Source: Callorhinchus milii (Eukaryota). From it: a stretch of DNA of 64,000 nucleotides. Both the position numbers and the translations under genes were made by a program. Shown piece after piece: positions 53,560 to 64,000 of the stretch. Numbering within the stretch: the stretch's first letter is position 1; every line of letters begins with the position of its first letter. A model generated the notes under the pieces. That model was not told where the DNA came from. It saw nothing but the letters and a program-made list of their open reading frames with translations, and made no database searches. Location of the stretch: positions 59,026,001-59,090,000 of the forward strand of contig NW_024704743.1 in the NCBI RefSeq assembly GCF_018977255.1. Direction: 5' to 3'.

Positions 53560-54330
53560 ACACATTTTTTTAAATCAGCCGGTAGCTGACACACACAAAA
53601 TCTTATCATCACCTTTAAGAGTAACCAAACCAGACCGACAGCCATGTCGGCCACCTACACCTGGAAATTTCTCTGTGTTTCCCGTTCTTCCTTGGAGGAA
53701 CTCACACCTCTTACCTAATTCTAAAAAGTATTAGAAGTACTTTGACAAGAGTCAAGACTTGGGGACAGATTGCGTGTTGAAATTTAACCAGCTAAACCAG
53801 ATAGTTTGCCATTCCTAACACTGGCTGGCAAGCTTCCCACAGCTTGTCTAGCCAGGACACTAAGTCTAAATGCATGAAAGAATTGTCACTATCTTCCTGC
53901 CCACACTTCTTGGACACACATTGGTTTGCAGGATTAGCAGGTGCTAAATGGAAAGAATCCCTGCCCCCAGTGACTGATCTACCCTCCAAGTCCTGCCAAT
54001 GAACCAAGCTGGTTTGTCTGTCATCAGTAATGCCTTGGAGTGTTGCAAACATGGCTGTGCCAATACTGTTGACTCCAATTTAATATTCCTTTGCTATGCA
54101 CATCACCTTGGAGACAGATCACCACCAAGGAGATCCCATTACCTTCCCCTGAGGAGGATAGTCACTAGTTGGTCAACATCTGACAAGTGCAGTTTAATCT
54201 CTAAGTAGATAGGAGATACCAGGAACTTCTTTGTGAGCCTCTCAGTGAGTAGCAAACTCAGCATTTAGCATGTGAGAGAAATGCCAACCTTCCACAGCCC
54301 AGACATACACTCCTACCTACTGAGTGACAG
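53560..54330 (-). repeat. Unclassified ~770-bp interspersed repeat, longest copy (SINE-like)
   Basis: Aligns by eye with 5420-5830, 44695-45150, 62730-63220 and 61131-61290. A-box-like ctcagtagg at the 54330 end and a T-run (A tail on minus) at ~53565. Confidence 0.7.
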
Positions 54331-55649
54331 TTTCATCATTTGGAAGAATACATTTTCAATAACGCCTTGGACGTTCACACACAATTATGTTACCCTAAAA
54401 ATATCAGTCAAATGACTTAATTTTAATTAAGCAGTATTCTCTAGTCAATGGAATATCCCACTATATCAAAGAGAAATGTAATGAACATTTACAAGACAAT
54501 TTCTAACTGAAGTATTTGTGAGATTAGGTTATCTTCATCAATTACATCTTCATCAATTACTGAACAAACAGCTGTATCATTTTTTTATCAGTGCTCTGAG
54601 ATGGTGTGAGGGGCCCTCTACAAATGCAAGTAGTTGTTGTTGTTGTTGTACATAAAACATTGGAAAAGAAAAATCCTTGATGGATTTTTACTGCCAACTT
54701 ATCTGTTTTCAATCAGGAACAGTTTCCAGGCCTGATAGGTGAAAATAAATATTTTAATAATCCATAAATGCTGACTATTAGCTTCATATCACATGAGTAA
54801 GAATGAGCAATAGTTCCAGTTGTGCTATAACTAGGTCAGTTTACTTTGGCTTCTATTATCACTAATGTAAATGTAAAATAAATATACGTAGTGTTCTCCA
54901 ACCATAGCTAAAGTACTACTGCCCTGAAGGCAGGAGTCTAGGCTATGAATGTGCTCATATATACATCGTATCCACCAAAGATGCTGAACTCATTTAACAT
55001 GTTTTAATGGTTTATCTCATTCGCTGATAGCATCAGATGTAAAGTGAAATATGCTCTCTACTTCACTCAAAAATCCTCCTTATACGTTATTAGTTTGTTT
55101 CCAGAGCCAAGTCATACAACATCTGTTTCTCCTGACCTCAGATCTGACAAACCCATCAACTGTTCACGCCATAACGAGTACTGAAAGAGAAGCTCCCTCT
55201 CCCGAGACAAGCAGCTGATTACCCGTGTCCCTGCTCACTCTGGCTTTCCGAAATATGACTTCTACCATGAATATTACAGCCCAGAAGCGTTGCTTCTCAC
55301 AAGCAATATGCCTTCCCCCCTCCCATACACACTTGCACATACACTCCCACACACACTGACACACAGATCCATGTAGATTTTCCCAATTGCTATACCAGCT
55401 ATCCTTATCAGGTATCCAAGTAAGATTAATAACTCAATGTCTAATTGTGGAGCACCGAGATGAAACTACTCTAACCCATTTCCCACATTAGCAGGAGTGA
55501 GAGGAGACTAATCCACACAGGCTGGGCTGGATTCACACCCAGGTCCAATGCCCCTCACATTAGGATCAGGAATAAGAGGTTAGTATTGGATAAACCTGGT
55601 CTCTGGTATTGAAGTTGGACATCTAGAACATCAGGGTGCCTCGAACATC

Positions 55650-55870
55650 ACAAACTGTTCTGTAAAAGGTTCTCCCACCATGCTAAAAACACAGCCACAA
55701 ATGGTGGAGCTGAAGGGATGATGGAGTAAGCAGTTCAGAGAGGTAGGGAGATGCCAGGGCCAGAAGATTTCAAGATCCTGATTTGTAAGTCTGCATCTTG
55801 AAATCGATCGTTTCTGCAATAGGTAGTCAATGGTGTTTGGTAAGGATGGGGTGATGGGTGCGTTGAATAT
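55650..55870 (-). mobile_element. L2 3' fragment, old
   Basis: atcttgaaatcgatcg and ggggtgatggg are the reverse complements of the RIDFK and PITP motifs. Confidence 0.55.
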
Positions 55871-56930
55871 GTATATGTGTGGGGTGGGGTGGGATACGAC
55901 TTTGAAAATGGGATCTTAAAAACATGCAGAAATATTTTTAAATGGATAAATGGAAGTGAGGCTTCATGCAGGGTATAAACACCAACGGACTAGTTAGGCT
56001 GAATGGTGTGTTTACGTGCAGTATCACTTTAAGTAACTATATAAATGATGCAGAAGAAAAAAATGCACTATTTCACACTCTGTTGAAGTGGAATGTCCTA
56101 CCTCTATAAGACGAGCATCTGGTCTGGGAAAGGACAAAGCTCACCAAATAAAACAGTTGTGCTGGTACCAACCAATACTCGTCTTTGAGGCCATATTTCC
56201 TGTGTCCCAGTGTATGACAATAAATATTGTTCCACAATAACAGAGATGTCAAGTCAAGCAAAAGCCACCAGATTACAATGCAATATCAAACTTTGTTTAA
56301 ATACTTGAATAGCATTCTACTGTAGAGCAGCCGTAACCTCCCACCATGTATTGAGAACTAGGGAGCAGCTTCTAATTTTTTCTATGGCAGTAAATTACTA
56401 ATAAAGTAGCAAGCTATTTTAATTATAAACGTTTTGTTTCCAGATACCTTAAATCTAAGATGACCCTGTCGTCTTTGGCCTGGATTTTTCCCATTAATCA
56501 TCCTTACTACCATAAACATTAAACAAAATATCACAACTTGGTTATAATTTGTACATAAAAGTTAGTAAGTTAATATACAAATCATTAGATAGTCCACAAC
56601 TACAGAATTTGTGTCAGATAACACATTTCTACTATGTCCTGTACTCAGCCCTTTATTAATTGGCTGAAAGTTCAAACTATTTTTATTCTCATTATTGACT
56701 CTAGTTTGCAGGACAAACCTGGTGTTTCAGACTCAGAACTTTTATTCAGTATTTTAACTCTTCCATATTTTACTATTCCCCACAGTAAAGAGCCTGATCT
56801 CCCCTTTAGTGCCAGCCCAATGTATCAACTAATCCCCTCAAGCTGGAAACACCAGCCCTGTACCGGACAGTGTTTCACTGAATGGTTCCCCTGCCAGGCC
56901 AGGACCGGGTGCAGAGTTGCATATGGTGCC

Positions 56931-56961
56931 CTTGATCTTAGCCAAAACACCAAGAAGTGAT
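56931..56961 (-). pseudogene. U2 snRNA 5' fragment (nt 1-31)
   Basis: ATCACTTCTTGGTGTTTTGGCTAAGATCAAG vs U2 ATCGCTTCTCGGCCTTTTGGCTAAGATCAAG gives 27/31 identity, starting exactly at U2 nt 1. Two of the mismatches are CpG transitions. Confidence 0.75.
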
Positions 56962-58583
56962 TAAGATTCTTTATTCTGGACTTGCAGTAAAAGTGCAGTA
57001 TCCGGAAAGGTGACACACACATAGTAACACATTGTGCAGTGGCTCCTGCAATGTTGGTCTCCAGTCAATAAAGTTGGTTGCCTGGCAATGAATCTAGCCT
57101 TCAATGCTGCTGGATTGTACACCATTGCGTCTTTGAACTAACATTGGCACAGATCTCCAGTCAGGCTGGTTCTTCTTGAAGAGTTTTGAGTGCAATTTGG
57201 CAGTGTTTATACTGCCAGATTCATGGCAGATGGCTGTAAATTCATTTCACCCCACAACTTGGCTGTGTAAATTGGGTACAACTGTCGACCATTGAATAAA
57301 GTTTGCTTTGTGTCATAACATTAACCTGCATGATTAATTCAGAGTTGTGTCAGTTCCAGCTTTGTTCCAAGTTGGACTGAGAAGGATTCAAATACAGGAA
57401 TGATAGTATACACATTATGCATATTTATTAAGTGCTGTACAGAGCTTGTTGCTCCCCTATTCCTTGTTAATGAAAGAACTGAGGCCAGACTTATTAGCAA
57501 TGGGACTCACTTCCCATCTCTACGATTCATCATGTTCCTGCATGTTAGCTGTTCCAGATATTAATGTGTCTCCAACTACTGTTAGGAGGTGCCTGAGTAT
57601 CACAGTTTGTTTCAGTCTCCGAGTGAGAAATTGCTTGCATTTGATGGGCTGCCTGAGATCAGGAACTTGCTCTGTGGGGAATTCACTGGCGTGAATCCAT
57701 TCTCAATCTTTCCATGAAGCAGCGCTTTTGGCCTTTGTCTATTTCCTTCTTAACCTGTTTTCATGTAGTATCCATGACATACTTTACACCTCAAGTCCAC
57801 AAAGTCAGGTTGTTCTCAGACTTCTGCCTATGTCACTAGTGATAACTTACCACTGGGATAAGTCGTCAACCTCATATAACTTGTGGGGTTATACTGAATA
57901 CCCCAGCTATTTCCTATAAGAAATATTAATTATGATCCTCTGATAATTAGTCACGCTGGATATCTCGTAACTTGTCAGATTTTTGTATTTTTAAGATGGG
58001 TGTTTGTTTGTTACAAACCTCTGATGACTCGTTGTTTTATTGTCTTTAAGTCGCTAAGTAATTCAGGTGTGAAACCAGCATTTGCTTTGTGACTTGTACC
58101 TGCAGGTCTTCATCTTTCTGCTAGCCATGTGGTATGGCATGGGTGAAAAACATAATGGCATTTGTGACCAGTACTTACTGGTTTTCCTCCTCCCGCTAAC
58201 CTCCGCCAGCCACACGTGATATGCAGGTAAAATTGTTTCCTTTCCTGTGACCTTTGTTTGGGTTATTCTTGAGTTCTGTACAGTTCTGATCAGTTGCCAT
58301 GTAGGCATTGGTAAGATGGCATTTTTGTGTCTGTGGTCATTTTTGCTCTGCATAGTGTTATCAGCTTGCATTCAGTTTATGTATCTGTGCAGTTAATGTA
58401 TACCATTCAGTTCCTTGCATTCATGTATAAGCTACTGTAAATCTCTTAAAGACTTATACAAGCATTTTGCATATTAAAACAAACTTAAAAGAAATGTAGA
58501 AACTTCTTTTCCATGCTAATTCGAGTACTTTGTAATTTCAAGACATTGTAGTTTGGATAACTACTCAACTCTAATAAAATTGT

Positions 58584-58750
58584 GGATTCCTATAGCTTAG
58601 TGGTTAGAGCACTCGCCTCACAAATGAGAGGATCTGGGTTTGAGTCCTGGCAGGGTGAAATGTTGGGCAAGTTTCCTTACTCCACGCGCCTCCGTTTATC
58701 TAACAGTGAGAAGGAACCTGGTTGTTAGTTGATTGGTGGATCACTAAAAA
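58584..58750 (+). mobile_element. Type A+ SINE, head plus extra module, 3'-truncated
   Basis: tatagcttagtggttagagcactcgcc...gggcaagtttccttactccac, followed by the extra module. Confidence 0.8.
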
Positions 58751-58919
58751 ATCGAGTTTAAGTATTCCCCATAATTGGTACTTTCTTATTCCACATCTAT
58801 ATAACTATACCCAAGAACATGTTGTTCGAAACATCTTCACCCCAAGGACTCCTCAAGTTCCATCTCATCAATTCCCTTTGTCATTTAATCCTCGTGTCCG
58901 GACTATGAACTTGCATCGT

Positions 58920-59230
58920 CTATGCTGACACTGCAATGCAGTGCTGGGGGTGTGGTACATTGTTTGAGGCAGGGTTCTTCAAATGAAAATATTAAACCAA
59001 GGTTCCATCTGCCTGTTCAGGTGGATGTTAAAGTTCCCACAGCAGTTTTCGAAAACAGAAGATTTTCTACCGATGTCCAGATTCTACCGATCTGTTTGTG
59101 GGACATTATATTGTGTAAATATTGACTACCACATTCATCTATAAAATGCACAGCCCCTAAACTTTATTGTGAAGCGATTTGAGACGTCCTGCTGACCTGA
59201 AAGATGCTAAATCGATGGAAGGATTTTTAA
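58920..59230 (+). mobile_element. Type B Deu SINE, headless
   Basis: taaaccaaggttccatctgcctgttcaggtggatgttaaag...ctgtttgtgggacatt...gtgaagcgatttgagacgtcc. Confidence 0.75.
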
Positions 59231-61130
59231 GTCGCATTATCTTCAACGTTTATATTTCAAATGAGGAAAATATTAAGTTATCTCCGTCTCCTCTCATCGC
59301 TCATTACCTCCATCATCAAAGCCTTATTGCTGTCACTGCATTACTAAGTCATTTAGTAATTTTCCTTCCAGAATTTAGAATAGGGTATAAACTTGTCTTT
59401 CGACTTATAAATCTGAGCAACGAAGCCTGTAAACAGTTATTAAAATAATTTGACTAGATAGCTGAAAGACAGGATTATAAAATTCTTTACTAATTGGCTG
59501 CTGTCAAACCAAAGTAATGTTAAATGACATGTTCTCTGCCTCTCAGAAGAACTTATTGAGAAAATGGTGGACAGGAAACTTGGTGTTAGAATTTAATTCT
59601 ATTAATCCTGACAGCTAAGAGGGATCCAGTAGTGCCTTTGATTCCAACTTAGAAAAGAGGCTGTTAGGATAAAGTTCCAAGAATTGAATATCATAAAATG
59701 TAGCTATATAAATAACAATATGAGCATTTTAAAGTTTTGTGTATTTATGCATGAAAAATAACTTGAGTAATTGATCCAGATAATGCCTTGCAGTTGATAG
59801 TTTTATTAAAAAATGCAATACCAGACAATATTATGCAACAAATATTTTTCAAAAATAACTTTTGTTGAATCATTTAGCGATTCATTTAAACCTTTCTTGA
59901 CTTATTTAATATATGATTGGGACTAATTTCCGATATTTCTTTACAAGGTTTCCTGTGGTCAGTATGTTATGCTTCGATTGCTGGAATTTGTACAAATTGG
60001 ATTCCTTATTAAGATATATTGGAAATTACCCTCTGACATATTGTAGATACTTATAGTTTTATTGCCAATCATTCTAAGACTTACTGGAACAGCTAGCCTT
60101 ATATACTTGTAATTAAATCTTTACAAAAAACAGGTCCAGTAATATATTATGGTAAAATTGTTGGTCATGAGTTTCACATAAATAAGGCAAATCTTTTAGT
60201 AAGCACAATTTCTTGAGCTTTATTTTCTCCAAACCCCATTTCAAATCCAGGAGGAATTACTGGTCCTGTAAGCAATTCCGTACGGCACAGCACAAATAAT
60301 TATTCTATTAGGCAGGACAATGTGATTGTTGTATGAATATGCAAACTGCAGTTTTCATCAATTTCCTTTCAGAGTAAAACATCATGGTCATCATATTTAT
60401 CTGTAATTCTTGCAAGGGATGGTCACAGAAGGCAAAACTGCAATTTATCCTAAATACTTTTGTTTCTTTGTGGCACCTACATTTCTATGAGTCTTATTGT
60501 TATTTATGAGCACAGTAAACAGTTTTGGCATTACTATTATTCTGAATCATGGGGGTATTTTAAGATATTTTGCACAGTTTTCTTAAAGAAGAAATGGAGG
60601 TTAGGATTTTTATAAAACCTTCACCTCGTTGGATCTAGTACGGTGCATTCAGTCTATTGAGACATTTCAGCATTTATTTACATCCTTTTTTAATCCTATT
60701 TCCCCACCCATTGGTTAAAAAGCTTACATCTCGTACCATAGGTATCTATTCGACTGCTTTTGGTAATGTTTCCCAACCCCTCTCAACTACAATCCCTAGC
60801 TCAGGTGCCCATCCAGCATTATTACATGCTTTAAGACAGCCTGCCCACATGAAAGGCACAATATAAATATAAATTGTATTGTATCTGAAGTATCCACCTT
60901 ATCCCTCAAACACCTTGACCAAAGGGGGCTCCCACCAGGCTGAAGCCAGATGTGTGTTGAATAGCTGATGTGGAAACTCTGAGGCATGAAACAACAGTTG
61001 TTGGAAGGCATTACTTGGGAGTCCAGATCCGTGATCACACATTCATATATCCAGGGCTTGGAATCTTCCTGTATTTGTATGCAAAGATAAGCAGCTGCTG
61101 CTCAAGCTCCACACCTCTAGTGGTGGAACC

Positions 61131-61290
61131 ATTGCTCAGTGGTTAGGAATGTGTGTCTGAGCTACGTACAGGAAGATGGTGGCAATGTTTTCTATAATTG
61201 ATGTTGAGCTGTGCTGCTCACCAGGAAGCTGAAAGGGAGTGTCTGATACCTGCTATTTTGTTTTGGTCAGATGGGTGTCTTGCAGAAACC
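61131..61290 (+). repeat. Head-only piece of the unclassified repeat
   Basis: ctcagtggttaggaatgtgtgtctgagct...atgttgagctgtgctgctcacc matches the reverse complement of 54160-54330. Confidence 0.6.
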
Positions 61291-61446
61291 TATCACCATA
61301 CTTAAAAGAGTACCCACACCATCTATATATGGAAACTTCTGCATCTGGAATGGAAGCTTTCAGCACTCCAAGGCACTACATGAGTGAAGGGCACTACATA
61401 AATGCAATATACATTCTCTCCTCAGGACACACCCTACTCACCTTAA

Positions 61447-61905
61447 GTCCCATTACATAGTGGCTAGCATGCTCGGCTCACAAGCGAGAGGGTCTGGGTA
61501 CCGATTCCCGGGTAGGGCGAAACCTTAGGCAAGTTTCCTTAATCTGCACACCTCTGTTTAGCAGAAGTAGGAACTTGGTTTTTAGTCGATTGGCGGATCA
61601 CTTTCTGGAGATAATAATCCTTTCAAAAAAAATGTGGTCACTTAATCCATGACTGTTTGTGGGACACTGCTGTGCATACTTGGCTGCCGCATTTCGCTCA
61701 CAAAATATAGTCAATTCACTTTACAATATACAGGGTAATCAACAGGTTGTGATAACATCAATCTTAAAGAAATTATATTTTAGTTTTAGTTTAGATAATA
61801 GGGTAAGTTATCACGACTTTTTGGTCACCCTGTATATTCTGTCTGAAGCACTTTGAGATGTCTCAACGAGATGATAAGGCACATCAAATGCAAAGATTAT
61901 TATTA
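61447..61905 (+). mobile_element. Type A+ SINE interrupted by a MITE
   Basis: Head, extra module (~61554-61611), Deu 3' core and tail, with a 102-bp insertion at 61731-61832. Confidence 0.85.
61731..61832. mobile_element. 102-bp MITE with Tc1/mariner-type TIRs
   Basis: Left end cagggtaatcaacaggttgtgataac; right end reverse-complemented cagggtgaccaaaaagtcgtgataac. TATA on both sides, where intact SINE tails have one TATA. Confidence 0.8.
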
Positions 61906-62729
61906 CCTTATCACAGAGTGCTAAGAGCGAAGGATTGGAGACCATAGAGTGCAGTGGCTTGCAGGGTGGGTGACATGTTGCAAGCTAATATTCGCTGCGT
62001 GAAGGGAGTGACTGCTTTGGTAGGATTGAAGGAGGGCACAGAGTTAGTGGAGCAAAACGCATGGGAGGGATTTATGGGACGTTGCTATGCGCAAACTGGC
62101 TGCCTCATTCACGTAACAAATACACAATTATTACACTTCAGAGTAAATCCTGTGAAGCTTTTTGTAATGTCCTCCTGACGTGAAAGGCAGTACATCAAAT
62201 GCAAGGATTATTATTATTAAATCCTCTGTGTAGTCAGGGATGTTACGTACTCGTGACCAAATTCTTAAGATTTCCTGTTTTTATTTCTTTCTTCTATTGT
62301 TCTTTAGATTTTCCTGCAACATTCCCCAGTTACGTGGACAGTGATATGATCTCTCCCTGTCCTCTCTTATCTCATCCAGTAACCAGCTGCTGGTGCTTAT
62401 TAACAGTCTCTGATTCCACTTGCAGTAGTAATACTTGTGCATACACTGCAGCAGAAGTGGAACTGCATTTAGAAATGCAGGTGCAAAACACTAACTCATC
62501 TTCAAAGCCAAGTGCAATCCTGTTTTTTTTAAGTATGTTTGCTGCTGATGTTATATTGTGGCAAATACTCAATACAGTACAAGTATAATTCATCTGCACT
62601 AGGATGTGGTTTCTGCCTCAAGTCACTGATCTCCCACCAATGTGTCAGGTTGTTTTTTGTGTTCATGAAAGTTGAGTGAAAAAGACAAACACACTGTCAC
62701 AAACCATTTTGCAGGGCCACGAAGTTTCA

Positions 62730-63220
62730 GTCATTTTTGGGGGGTTATGCGGAAACCATGCTTAAAAATATCCAATCCAAACTGACAGTTCTACACATGC
62801 AGGTGCCTATGCACTGACATTTCCTTTTATCTGGAATGGACAGATACTCTTTCCTCTGCTTACCTGATTTCAGAAGACTTGGAGGACCCCAGATTGTGAT
62901 GGGGTACTGCTGGGTTTTAACCAGCTGGGTTTAATACTACGTAGCTTGTCACTGCAATGCAAACATTATCCTTTTGCTAATCCAGCTTGGACCACATTAC
63001 TCATTAGGGCTTTGGTTTGCAGGGTTAACAGGCTTGAGAGGAGAATCCCTGCCCCTCCAGGCTAGCTGGATCATCTATAATTAACAGCACTTTGCAGTAC
63101 TATAGATCTGTCTTGGTTAGGAAGCAGACTACCAAGGCGACAACGGTGGATGGACTAGATTCTGATATTCCATGGTCAGTCACATCACCTTGAAGCCAGC
63201 TCAGCTGCCAAGAGACATTC
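62730..63220 (-). repeat. Unclassified repeat copy
   Basis: gggctttggtttgcagggttaacagg...gaatccctgcccc and cacatcaccttg are shared with 53560-54330. Confidence 0.7.
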
Positions 63221-64000
63221 ATTTATACTGTGGAAATTTTGTATAAAAATCCTTAAACATCTCATAACAAAACTGTGAACACAGTTTTAAAATGAGGGAA
63301 AATTGTTTTCAACCATTTATACCCTTGAACTGAAAGACTAAAAAGAATTGATTGAAAGACAGTCATTACCTAAGAAATTGTTTTTCTCTAGTGTCTGCTA
63401 CGGATGTCAGTTGGCAGTAGTACTCAATGAAACATCAGCAGACAAAAGATTAGGGTCAATTGGTATCACACAGCACATACTATTTCCCATGTAAAAACTG
63501 TGGAAATATTTCCCATTGTTAACGTAAATCACTGTAAATTAAAGTATGTAAAATAACAGCTACAATGTGAGCTTTAAAGTGAATCATTAATTCTCAAGTT
63601 ACAGAAAAGACTCGATGTGCAACGATCACCCAAAGCATCATAGCAATAGTTTACTTCCAACCCATAAAATGCAGCCAATATGTATTCATTGCCACTGATG
63701 CAGTAAAATGGATACTCTGACTATAAGGAATAATTCAATAAACTTTATTTAGGCATCAAATCTCAATTCAGCAACTTAGATAAATTGCAATGCAATACAA
63801 TTACAAATTAAAGTATTATCCCATTCTCTAGTACTAATAAAACATTCTTTCAAAATTCAAAACTATATCAATAAGTCAGAAAAATAATCATCACCATTAT
63901 AAATAGGCAATTAGGTAGATCCTGCAGTCAATGAAGAACATATTATATTAACTGACTGAATTATTTAAATTGGAGATAGAGAATACGACCACATTACCTA

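Noticed and set aside
54530..54560. Short tandem duplications (atcttcatcaattac x2; also 42060-42100 and 38168-38190)
   Set aside because: Ordinary slippage duplications with no further structure.
40200..64000. Exons of an upstream neighbouring gene such as UMAD1
   Set aside because: No recognisable coding exon found by eye; the ORFs here are TE-derived or random.

Overview
Vertebrate nuclear DNA, most likely a cartilaginous fish and probably a holocephalan, judging from the Deu-domain SINEs and shark-type CR1 tails. There are no prokaryotic features. The only supportable gene is the 5' part of a GLCCI1 (FAM117-family) gene on the minus strand. It has a CpG-island promoter near 39.7-40.15 kb, coding exon 1 (39022-38611) and coding exon 2 (27014-26863). 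No exon 3 was found in the remaining 26.8 kb. The rest is intronic or intergenic and dense in retroposon debris: CR1 and L2 LINE fragments, several tRNA-derived SINE families and small palindromic MITE-like elements, with nested insertions that keep target-site duplications. Nearly all other ORFs in the track are spurious or TE-derived. I found no new protein-coding system. The best leads are: (i) a modular SINE set with three architectures sharing one tail; (ii) an unrecognised ~770-bp SINE-like family with five pieces in the window; (iii) a U2 snRNA 5' end fused to unrelated sequence; (iv) six PBX-PREP/MEIS decamer-like sites plus CCAAT boxes in the promoter; (v) an exon 1 that looks like FAM117B spliced to an exon 2 that looks like GLCCI1; and (vi) inverted repeats that could fold in the pre-mRNA. 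Family names come from remembered consensus sequences, not searches, and most repeat boundaries are approximate.
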